Source of the DNA: Marsupella aquatica
Taxonomy: Eukaryota > Plantae > Marchantiophyta
Assembly: GCA_973895155.1 (NCBI GenBank)
Contig: OZ316895.1
Coordinates: 7,366,184-7,430,183 of the forward strand
Length of the DNA stretch: 64,000 nucleotides
Reading direction: 5' to 3'
Shown here: piece by piece, positions 13,758 through 24,559 of the stretch
How positions within the stretch are numbered: position 1 is the first letter of the stretch
How the letters are laid out: each line of letters begins with the position of its first letter
The notes under the pieces: generated by a model
Seen by the model: the letters and a program-made list of their open reading frames with translations, nothing else
Databases searched by the model: none
Told to the model about the DNA's origin: nothing
Position numbers and translations under genes: made by a program

Positions 13758-15244
13758 CTACTTGTAAACTGCAACCGGAGGAAGTCTAATGCCTGTCTCG
13801 CTTAAAAACGGGATGGACGAAGTTCTGTCTTTCGCCAAATCTTCGTAGAAAAGATACTCCGCTTCAAAATCATGGAGGCTGAACTCGGCTTTCTGATTGT
13901 CCCTGCGATGGAGAACTAGAGATCAGAGGTGAGAGTCTAGCCTGGCCGTTGACTTTCAAGCAAGAAATTAAACTTCAATCAAGCATAATGCTTCAATCAA
14001 GCTTTTTGTATTTATCATGATCATCGGCGTATATGGTGTGATGTGGCCAGCCACGGATCTACATACCGATAATGATGACTATGGTTCAAGGATTTGCCGA
14101 ACCCAAAAATGTCCACCTTCTCGCAGATCCCTAGGGCGAGAACGACAGCTTGCAAACCAGATGAATAGTGGAACTCGACCGAGCTATGATTCTTAGCCCA
14201 ACTTCGAATGGGATTGCCTGTGACCTCCACGTAATCTTTCAATGAGTACCATTTGATCAGCCTGTTGCAAAGAGCGTCAAATCGCGGATCTGTGACAACC
14301 ACAGGAGAATCGTAGTGGTGCTCGCAGAAGGCAATGTCCAGAAGATGCTGGACTTGGCAAAGGTATAGGATAATCGGTATACTTCCGTAGGGATGGCAGT
14401 GGCAATTCTGCCTGAGAGAACAGTCCTTGTAGACGTTGCTATTGATAAACGAGACACTTGTCTTTGAGCCCACGAAATCTTCAAACCCCTTCACGTTCGC
14501 ATTGTTTAGACGAATTACGACATCGTGGTCGTCGATGAGAGATCCGAGTCTCTGAGCGCTGAGAAGTGACCCGCTGTTGCCAACAACTGCACAACTTTTG
14601 TAGCGGTCGGCCTCTCCGTTAGCAATTGGGCCTTGTGGATTTCCTTGCAGACTGTAAAATTTGTCTATGATCTTCTTGATGTTCCCCAAGAGCTCCCCGA
14701 TCACAAGCCGGTCGAGCCTCTTTCTTCGAGACCAAGCCCGTAATAACTGACGAAATCGGGGCCAATAGACGTCGTATTTCGGACCCTGGACTTGAAACAC
14801 CCAGTTAGGCATAACCTCATTTCGGCTCCGACCTCTGTGAGCCATTGGTCTTTGGTACCTCCATTTGAACAGACGAGAATTTATATGCAAATTGTTGGTT
14901 CCTTCGGACAAGAGCATTTTGATCGTCTGCGTCTGCTGTTTCTCGGTTGGGTCTATAGCGGCATACGCAAGAAGGGTCTCGTTCAAGCTAGCCAGCTTAT
15001 TCTCGCTGTCCCACAAATAATCAAGATTGATAGCATCCGGATGCCTACTGAGCATGACAAGCTGCCTAGGTGGAATTATTTGCACATTCTTTTCAGATAC
15101 TATAATAAGGGGATAGACCATAGACATCAAACTTGCAATTGCTAGGATATAGATGAGGAGCCGCAATCTTAAAAGCAACGAAGAGGATGGACGGATTTTT
15201 GCAACAGCCCTCTCAATCAACTGATTGTTCTTCACCCGGGCCAT
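13758..15244 (-). CDS. glycosyltransferase family 29 (sialyltransferase-like; resembles GALT29A beta-1,6-galactosyltransferase), ~440 aa
   Basis: Exons 15244-14067 and 13902-13758 (CG|GTATGT...CAG|G). N-terminal TM anchor, sialylmotif L (CAVVGNSG...IDDHDVVIRLN), motif S (SSGLQAVVLALGICEKVDIFGFG), motif III (HHY), VS motif (HDFEAEY) in exon 2. The ORF-track start at 15418 is a non-ATG extension. Confidence 0.9.
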
Positions 15245-18200
15245 GATGGCAATGTTGACTGCTCCCACTTCAGCACCAACAATACGAACAATCTGCGGCA
15301 CAATTTCATGCAAATCATCTCTCCATACCGATATCTGTTCCGACCCCTGAAAACCTGTAAAATAACCGATTTTTATGTCGGTTTGTAGCACAGGTTGGAT
15401 AAATTTCCGTAATTTCAATTAATGAGGAGCGACAGAGATATGAATTAACCAAGCCAGTCTGACGACAACCCCATGGGATGAACTAAGTATGCACACTTCG
15501 CTCCCAATACTTCTTTGTAAGAAAGCGAAGAACAGCGAGACGACACTCGCAATATTTAGTCAACCGCAGTAATTAAGCTCAGATGCTTAAGTTAGTATGA
15601 ACATTCGGCCATTTGACTTGAATGACAGTGCCTGTTCAGTTTTCGTCTTCAAAGCCGTACAGGACAAACTAAGGATTTGTAGTTGTTTCAGGAATGTGGA
15701 ATAGCTTCTGCTCCATATAGTTGATATGATTTCCAACTCCAGTGAAAAGTGCTTTCTCTTCACAAGAACATTTTTTGGGGCAATGGCATCAGTATTGAGC
15801 TAGTAGTTGGTATAATTTCAAACTTCAGTGAAAAATGCTTTCTCGCCAGCTAGTCTTCCAGCTAGGTCTCGCATCATCAATTTGTAACAAAGCCCACATA
15901 ACTACCACAACTGCCCCCTATAAAGGGGTAGGGCAGTAGCTCTCATTGCAAATTGCACAAGTTCAGGGATGGGCTATGAGTTACACAAAATTAAGGTGTT
16001 GAGTGAAACATTTTTTATTAGCAAGTGTTTCCACCTTTTACCATAGGACAGGAGTGAAGTGTAGTGAGGGAGGGAATGGGGCTTATATTGTGGCAGGTGT
16101 GGTTTTGGGCATGGACAGGTGGAAAGCCCTTAGCCATCGATTCAAAGAAACAAATCGTGACGGAAACAGAGCAAATAGTTTCCCCGTCTTCACCAGATGG
16201 ATTAATGCCTCCGAAATTCATCGATTGTGTCCATGCATGACGCTTGTGTAATCATCTTCACATACTTATCAGGAAGAAAACAAGAACTTGCGTTACACTA
16301 AAACTGAAGTGGCCTCGACTTGGTGTAAGAGAGTCTTGAGCTAACCACTGTGTCTTCCCGGTTTTCCTAACACTGCAGAAACGATGGTTCCATTGGATTG
16401 GGGAAAACAATTATCCTACTGCCCTCCTAGCTAGTCGATTCCCTATTGGCGTTGGCAACTGGTAATCCTAATTGGTCGTCCTCTCCAAAGGTATGGGTTG
16501 TACATGTTTAATTCCGGGTGACATCCTGGCACCTCTTGCACACTAGGGAATAGCCACTCAGGAGATAAGCGTGGGCACATTCTTTCCTGCGGACTCCAAC
16601 TGACAATCGTCTAGAAGATCAGAAATCTATGACCGTAGCTTTTCCTGTTATAACCTCCAGTGATCGTCGAGCATGGGAGTGGTGATCACTCTAATTGCAG
16701 TTCACTCTTTTAGTCACATTAATTGTATTAATTGTAGTGCTCCCGTCATAGATGAATAGCAAGCACAGAGGAGAATCACAACACACAATAGAGACCATAA
16801 ACTGGGACTCAGTGACATTAATAACACTGTGACGGGAGATCAATCATGTTTCGGAGGGTGATGAGGTTGGCTCTTGATCTAAGTCCCCGGCGGACAGCAT
16901 GAAGGAAAGTGGACCAGGCCTCCGAGAGAAAGCAGTAAGAAGCAGACTTGAAGTAAAGATATTGAACATCAAACTTTCATACAACGTAAATTAAATCGCA
17001 AACATCTATCTTCATGACCATTTGAATTTAAGTCATTAATATGAAACTTGATCTCACAACAAAATAATCATGTTGTCTGCCTCACTTGTGGATGAAGCAA
17101 AAAAATTGAAGTTCGTAGTTGATAGCTGAATATTCCTACGATAGTCCTTGCCACTTCGCTGAATGTAGCCACAGTTCAATTCTGCTGGAAATTAGTGCAG
17201 ACTGAGAAACAAGAGCACAATCATTGTGATCTCTACTCCAATTGCGACGATCTAATACTCCTCTTGCTCTGCTGGGTCTTTCCCTGCCAGATATTCCCAT
17301 GAACATCCCTGTCCGATTCTACAAATAAAGCCTGATTCAGTTTCAAAAATTGATTTGACATGCTCCTGTATGGTATCTTGCTGACTGGAATTGAAGAAAC
17401 GAAATTTACAAACTAACGGCATAGGGAGTATGTTTCATAACTTTCATTTGCCCGTTAACAATGTAACTAATGTGATTCCTAATAAGAAAAAAAGCCATAC
17501 AATTATTGTGAGCCACTCTAATTTTGGTGTCACACTAAGTCTTCACTGACACTAATTAAGGTGGACAGTATAGCCAGCTATTCCCACAACGAAAGCAATT
17601 GATCACAAGTGATCTTTCTGAAATCATGCAACAACTGGACGTTTTATATTGAAGCTCACATGAATCATTACCCGGCCCTTGATTCTGAGTTTAAGGACAC
17701 TATGCTTCTCACATATTCCCCGTTATATTATAATCTCTCAATAAAGGTCCTCAGTCGGTAATCGTCAGCTAGTTACCGGCGGCTTTCCAGATCGACGAGC
17801 AGGAGATCGAGGAGAATGGCACGATCGAAGCATCTATTTGGTTGTATCTTTCCGGTAAGTACGCAATTGAGAGGTGAAGTTAATCGAGTCAAATCAAGTA
17901 GGCCATGAGAGGTAAAGTTACTCGAGTCAAATCAGGCTGGGATGGGAATGAATCGCGTGTTGCAGTTCGGATTCCCGTGCACTGTCAATATATTCTCGTT
18001 TGCAAATGATTAGGACCAAACCTGGCTTACTTCGACGACCGCCTCACGGAGTCAGTAAACTTTAATTTACTTCATGCGATGGCTTGTCAGTTCTCTTTCG
18101 ACATGTCCGGAGTTCATTGCGTTCTTGATCCGATCTTCGATATTGAAGTGTTTCTTCCGATCTATCTTCGCTGTCTTGTGTACATATTCAGTATCAATTT

Positions 18201-18877
18201 CCATAAATTATCAAACGGCCATGACAATGTTGGCTAAAGGAACTTGACATGATACCACTCTATGAATAAGATAGTCGCAAAATTTCATGGCCTAGTGATC
18301 CATTAATAAAAAAAATGATCACTTGAAACGGATTGCGTGAAGGCACGAACTCCACTGTGTTGAAACAAGATATATGGCTTGGAGGTAACATCCTGGGATT
18401 CCAGTCCTCTTGACCAGCGAGTCAATCTAGCTCTAGCTCTGGACCTCGTCGTCTATCAAGCACATCCAGAACACGCGCGTACTACATCACATGTGAATCC
18501 ATCAGAATTTCTTGGGCCAAACGAAAAACATGGGCACCTACACACAGATTTTCCCTCGGATCGATCTGCTCGAAACTTCAGAGAAGCGTCCGACGTAAGA
18601 CCGAAACTAGCACTATTCAGTTCTGAACAACATCAGAAACTGGATGGTGAGATGGACCCTTTTAGTCCCTGTTCAATGTCACAATAATTGCGTGTTGGAA
18701 CTTTCACCGGCTAGCAATTCAACCTAGGAGAGGCATCCGAAGTAAAATCAAAACTCGCATCATTCAGCATTTTCAACCATACTAGTTTTGAACAACATCA
18801 CTAAGTGTATCGTGACGTGGACTCCTTAGTCTCAGTTCAATGGCACAACAATTGCAAGTTGGAACTTTCAAGGACAT

Positions 18878-18933
18878 GGACTTACGAATTGAACACCTAG
18901 CACTTCCTGTGCTCTAAGGCTGAGCTACAGACC
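18878..18933 (-). pseudogene. degenerate tRNA-like/SINE head
   Basis: Minus strand reads GTAGCTCAGCCTTAGAGC (A box) ... GTGTTCAATTC (B box-like); cloverleaf incomplete. Confidence 0.3.
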
Positions 18934-19057
18934 TTTCACGCTTGCACCACCTCAGGTTGAAGTGTGGGTTTTCCAGCAGACACCTTCCCTTGAGTCACAC
19001 TTGTTTCAAAAGAATTCTGGATCTTTGGCTTATCATGTAGGCAGTTTTAACAACATT

Positions 19058-19124
19058 GCCGGCTAGGAATTGAAGCTGCCTAGTAAGTTTACATCAGAGT
19101 GTCTACCATTGAGCTAGCTACGCC
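19058..19124 (-). pseudogene. degenerate tRNA-like/SINE head
   Basis: Minus strand reads TAGCTCAATGGTAGA (A box) ... GCTTCAATTCCTAGCCGGC (B box/acceptor-like); shares flank CGCYTGCACCAYCTC with the 18878 copy. Confidence 0.35.
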
Positions 19125-21250
19125 TGCACCATCTCTAGTTCGACTCTGGTTCATTTCCAAGAATGATTAATAAATTGTGTGTACCCTCATCTCATTGTAA
19201 GGTTGTGTATGAAACAATTACGCACATCTGCATAATGGATGGGGATCTACAATTATGGAGGTTCTGGATAATGGATGGGGATCTACAATTAGCAAGCTAG
19301 TCCACAGTACATGCCAGTAAGTGTGACGTCCAGGGAAAACACATACCTTTTTTATAAGGCAAAATTTCAATTTTTTTACTGGCCATATATCAAGTTGACA
19401 ATGACATGCTTCATTTTAGTCTAAAAAACGATTGCGCAAGTCAACTCGATCGACTGGTAATCTAAATAATTATGTAACTTGTCTGACTTCGTTTAGAAAA
19501 ACCTTAGCAGTTCCAAACTGTAGGTTTGTTTTAATAATTGTCTACATCTTTTAGTAAGAATGTTTTAATCAGATTATGTACAAAATGATCAAATTCAACC
19601 AAAAATTGTAAAGAAGAAATTCGTTTTTTAAGTGGAATAGCCCAGTTTTCTGAACTTTATTTTTTGTTACAACCAACCTTAGTTAATGTCAATCAAGTAA
19701 ACATGTGAATATAAAGCCCAGATGGACCCTCGGATGGACCAAAGCCAGGGCTTAGTGGTGTGAAGCTTGGATGGACTGGTGCATAATGTCTGAAAAGCCT
19801 TTACAGTTTGTACTGAAATAGGGACTGAAATGTGACTTGTAAATGGGCTCCTGACAGTTGGCAGCCAGTGGGGCAATCTACTGCTCTGTCCAGTAAAACA
19901 ACTCCACTTCGCTAAGTAGCAAAGTTAGTCCCTAGCTAGCCAAAACCTTGTTAATAAAATCCATTTTGGGGACTCCTCTTTTGGCTATTGAACTTGCAAG
20001 CCATCTCGAGTCTTACTAACATACACTCAAAACATATAAAAGTGAGAAAAAAACAAAATGAATTAAAAACCACTAGTGACTTGCTAACAATAATTTCCTC
20101 TCTATAAAAATTTCCTGGTTGCTTGCATCATACAATACCTCCAGCCAGTTTGAATGAGTTTACCCTGTGGTAAGTTGCCTTACAAATTGCTGCTCATGCC
20201 CAAACTACTCAAGAAATTCTTCACAAAAGTGACACGTCTAACTTCCCTAAAGTGATCATGATTTATCCCTCATGCCCTAACTACTCAGGGCATCCTTCAC
20301 AAAAGTGAACAAATCATTGCCAGTTGGCTTAAATAGTATTTGATCATTCTCACACCAATGAAGCAAATGAACACATCTCCCTATGATCTCACAAATTATA
20401 AAACTTTGTCAGAGAATAGATTAAACATCAAAAGCTATGCTGAAAATTTTTGACATTACATAAAGATCTAAAGTTGTCAAGCACACTTGTAGACTACCAA
20501 AAACCAGCAGTTTATAATTTGTCAACTGAAGAAGTCACTCCTGGAAAAACCATTTGCTGTGTCCTTCCAAAAGCACCAGTCACTTTCTGTTTCCAGCCTA
20601 AACTGACCGATGAGTTTATGTAGTCCATGTCAATGGGTAGGACAACATGCAACCTTTATATTCATAAAAATGTAGAGGCCATGACAGGGTTGTCCATGCG
20701 AGTTGCCACATACAAGGTCTCAGACTTGGTAAAATTAGCACCCCTGTCTATTATAATTTAAGAGATGTTTATCTGAGAGAGTCTTAGTCCATGATTGGGA
20801 GTTGCCACTTACAAGGTCTCAGACTTCATGAGACAGATTTCTTGAACATATCCTAGAACTTATCACAATAAACTGACTCTTCTCTGAAAGTAAATAAAGG
20901 TGAGAACAAAGAAAATCTAGAAACACAAGATCACGCCCCAGAGTGATAGTTTGAGGCTTCACTCTAGACAAATGCATGCCTTGAGAGTAGCATCAGATAG
21001 CCATGTTAAAGTCCATGGGAGTTAATTGCCAAATGGTAACAGTCCACAGTGACTTACAATTCATGAGCAATGCAAGAATTTATCACATTGCTGAATAGCT
21101 GGAGGCAGCCACAAAATTACAGTGGACTCGTTACTTTTGTGGGAGCATCTATAGTATGATCAAAACCTGTTGTAGAGACTTGATTCCACATTCGAGTTTT
21201 TAGGATGTGAGAATGGCATGAAAGAAAAGAATCAGGAGTGAGCCTACACA

Positions 21251-21519
21251 CTCGGGGGTTTCACTTCCACAAAAATGACATATCACATGCGACGAAGGAT
21301 AGGGTTATTTTATTGGTTCTAAGAGAAGACTTAAGAATTTTTGTAGAAGTACAATAGGGTCTTTTAAATTCAACATTAGGGTCTTTGTAATCCAATATTC
21401 CAAGAATATTCCAACTTAATAGGGGTTAATTTTATTTTTTAAAACTTACATTTTAGGGGGTCGGAGGCCTAAAACCGTCGTAGGTGATGGGGAGGTCCCC
21501 ATATAGTGAGACCCCCAAG
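21251..21519 (+). mobile_element. MITE, CTYGGGGG-TIR family, subtype A
   Basis: TIRs CTCGGGGGTTTCACT / AGTGAGACCCCCAAG; 8-bp TSD CCTACACA at 21243-21250 and 21520-21527. Confidence 0.9.
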
Positions 21520-21952
21520 CCTACACAGTTGAAGGGCTACCTACATTTAATCCAAATGAATGAAAATCAAATGGAAATCTAGAAAAATTCAAGGGGGTTG
21601 TTTGAGATCACTTTAAGTAGATGAAGTTATACAGATTGAATGGACCTGCGTTAAAGCAATTAGAGCATAAATAATTACCTATGAAAAACAAAGTAGAGCA
21701 CCTTTAATACATTTGATCAGGTAGATGCTTAGGGGGATGAGCTCCACTCGTGGAAACCCGTTTGGGATATATGTCATGGCGTACCAGTGAGGGAAGTAGT
21801 GTGAAGGCCCCTTTTGTGTCCCAATTTATTAATTGCAGTGGTGGGTCAAAACAAATACTTTAATTCTAGGACAATAATTAACTGAACAATGAACGTACAG
21901 CTTAGAAAAGGTGCATGCACACAAGGCTTGCCAAACTTGGGGGCCAGGACGG

Positions 21953-22370
21953 TGGGTATTTACTCTTACGTCTAGGTTAGGTATGACGTGGTTGGTACAA
22001 CAACGTGGGTTGGTACAACTACGTGGTTAGGTACAACTACGTGATTAGGTACAACTATGTGGTTAGGTACAACTACGTGATTAGGTACAACTATGTGGTT
22101 AGGTACAACTAAGTTGCACACTATATCATAAGAGGCATGTGTGCTTGGAGAGGTAGAACCAAAGCTCATTGTTATGGAGCCACTTGAGAGATAGGGAGAG
22201 CTTACACTGTGGAGACTCGGTATAGCCGACGGGCTTAGAGTTCAGTAAAGCTCTCTTGTGTGTTCCCGTGGACGTAGCCTCAAGGAGGTGAACCACGTAT
22301 CTCTTGTGTCGACTATTGTGCGTTGGATGGTTCATGGGCTTGCCGTTGCGATCGTCGTCTATGCTCAACA
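21953..22370 (+). repeat. 5' LTR (418 bp; lacks the first TGT)
   Basis: Matches 28027-28444; ends CAACA; followed by the PBS. Confidence 0.95.
21985..22111 (+). promoter_or_regulatory. U3 tandem array of ~18-bp units containing ACGTG cores (also in the 3' LTR)
   Basis: About 7 copies of GGTACAACTAYGTGRTTA upstream of a TATA-like CTATATCATAA. Confidence 0.6.
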
Positions 22371-22372
22371 AT

Positions 22373-22384
22373 TGGTATCAGAGC
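22373..22384 (+). other. primer binding site complementary to initiator tRNA-Met 3' end
   Basis: TGGTATCAGAGC 2 nt after the 5' LTR, the canonical plant copia PBS. Confidence 0.93.
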
Positions 22385-23524
22385 ATGCTTGGGAGGTGAC
22401 GTGTGTTCGTGACGGGATTTCATGACGGTTTTTCCAGCGTTGAGTGTTGGTGGATTTTCCAGAGTTCCATCGCATGGAACTTGGAGTTTATGGGCTCAAC
22501 GGATAGATCAGGGCAAGAGCTTTCTAACGGTGTGAAGAAATCGTTGAACGGAGCTCGTGGTGCAGAGAGATCTAAGTTTTCGTCGTTCTGGATTTTGTGA
22601 AGAAAGTTGGCAATCGACTCGGAGGGAGAAGCGTCAAGTGTTTTGACTCAACGGAGAGATTGAGGCAAGACGATTGTTTTTGAGTCCGGGATTGGCTCTT
22701 TGATGCAAAGAGGAAGGCTAAGCAAAATCAATTACCTTGTTGGACTTGGTGACGGCACCAAGTGCAATTGATCAACATTCGTTGTTGACAAGGTACCATT
22801 TTTTTCTCTTTGAAAAACTAATTCGAAATTGGCTATGGCAATTGAGAGAAATCTGTCATCTTTACCAATTTTTTTCTCCCTCGTTCTTTCCTCGTTTTGG
22901 GTGCTTCTTATATCGATCTTCATCGCCTCGGAGTCTAGTTTCCAAATCTGAAATCGGATCTTGATTTCGTCAAAACCCGAGTGAGATATCTTGCGTTTGG
23001 TGTCGAGAGGTACATTTTGTCGTGTGTATTTTCTGCGCGCGCGACCAGATTTCGACAACGAAGGGTGGTAGGGGGTTTTGGGGGTTCGAGGACACATGTC
23101 AGCCCCTCGATTGTTCTTCCAAAATTCCCACAGGGCCTGTACAAGGGTCATAGAATATTCCAAAAAACCAGAGAGCTATTTTTTGACCGTCCGACAAAGA
23201 TTTCATCCGCCGAACGGTAACTTTTTTGGTTATTTTTCGGCGAGGTCGTAGCCATTGAAGTTGGCAATGCAGCGCACCAATCACATCGCAATTCCGACAA
23301 CGGGTTGTACTTGGTATTTCGGTTATTCCCTGAGGTGGTCAAAACGGGGAAGTTTCCCAAGGTTTTACCCACCTCGACCGAAATTTGAATAACTTTTCCG
23401 TCAAATTTCGATTTCGATTTTGGTTTTCAGTATTGGACTCCTAGCTTTGTGGGCTACGCGGCGGTGTTGAGTTTCGAGTTTTTTGAGAAGTTGTGAAAAA
23501 CAACATTTTTTGTGACTTTCTCAT

Positions 23525-24559
23525 ATGAGTGATTTGGAGGAGTTTTTTGAAGACGTGGAACTTGAAGCACGAGGATCACCGCGGAGGTTTCAGGGGCAGA
23601 GAGAGGAGCAGGAGGAAGAGCACGTGACACCGATACCATCACCGGTGCGGCGTGTGGTGGAGGAAGCAGTACTACTACCGGAGCTCACGGTAAAGAAGAA
23701 GATGGGGACTTTCAAGCTTGGGGGACCCAAGTATGAAGTGACAAAGTATGATGGGCGCTCTGACTACTTGCTATGGGAGAAGCAGGTGAAGGGAGTGCTT
23801 TATGCGTCAGGGATGGGCCAACTGCTGAGCCCTCGTGAAGACGATGTTGATGAGAAACAATGGGACCGCATGCAGGAGCAGGGAGTGTGGTGTGTTATAC
23901 TCTATCTCATGCCTCCCATCATCAAGCAGTTGGGTGCACATAAGGATTGCATGTCCTTATTTGCGGAATTGCAGAGCAAGTATCACCGCAAGGAGTTGTC
24001 GAACCGGCTCTACACTTCCTACAAACTGATGAGTTTCAGGATGAAGGAATCTGGTACGAAGTTGCAAGACCATGTGGATGCTTTCAACGACATGGTCGTT
24101 GACTTGGAAAACCTTGGGGAGACTTTGAATGATGAGACGAAGGCTCTGCAGCTTCTTAGTTCATTGCCTCCATCTTACCAGTCCCTATCACGAGTGTTGT
24201 TGCATCGTGATAGGGATACCATTTCATACAATGACGTGGTAAGTTCTCTGCTTAGTGATGATCTTCAGCAGAAGATGCACATCACGTCACAGCCTTCATC
24301 ATCTGGTGCTGCCCTCAATGTTAACCGTGGGAGGAGTATGCAGCGACCAACTGGGGACCGTAGAACCCAGTTTAGATCTAAATCCAGATCTAAGTCCAAG
24401 GGTAAATCCCCTCAGAGGAGGCAGGTGACATGTTGGAAGTGCAACCAAGTTGGACACTTCAAGCGAGACTGTAAGGGAAAGGCAGCGGAAACTTCATCGG
24501 CAAATGTGGCTAGGGCTGATGGAGAAGCTGATTTACTCAATGATGAGTATGTTTTATGA
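23525..24559 (+). CDS. gag: copia Gag (capsid/UBN2-like region plus CCHC zinc knuckle)
   Basis: KYEVTKYDGRSDYLLW, LLSSLPPSY, CWKCNQVGHFKRDC; ends at TGA 24557-24559. Confidence 0.93.
   Translation: MSDLEEFFEDVELEARGSPRRFQGQREEQEEEHVTPIPSPVRRVVEEAVLLPELTVKKKMGTFKLGGPKYEVTKYDGRSDYLLWEKQVKGVLYASGMGQLLSPREDDVDEKQWDRMQEQGVWCVILYLMPPIIKQLGAHKDCMSLFAELQSKYHRKELSNRLYTSYKLMSFRMKESGTKLQDHVDAFNDMVVDLENLGETLNDETKALQLLSSLPPSYQSLSRVLLHRDRDTISYNDVVSSLLSDDLQQKMHITSQPSSSGAALNVNRGRSMQRPTGDRRTQFRSKSRSKSKGKSPQRRQVTCWKCNQVGHFKRDCKGKAAETSSANVARADGEADLLNDEYVL

Noticed and set aside
14021-14066. C-terminus YVDPWLATSHHIRR of the GT29 ORF
   Set aside because: Intron read-through; splicing to 13902 restores the VS motif.
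15245-15418. N-terminal 58 aa of the 465-aa ORF
   Set aside because: Starts at a non-ATG codon; the first ATG (15244) gives the expected type II membrane topology.
21985-22111. Regularly spaced repeats as a CRISPR array or a VVPNH-repeat protein
   Set aside because: Head-to-tail 18-mers without unique spacers, inside a plant LTR; the ORF is just the antisense reading of the repeat.
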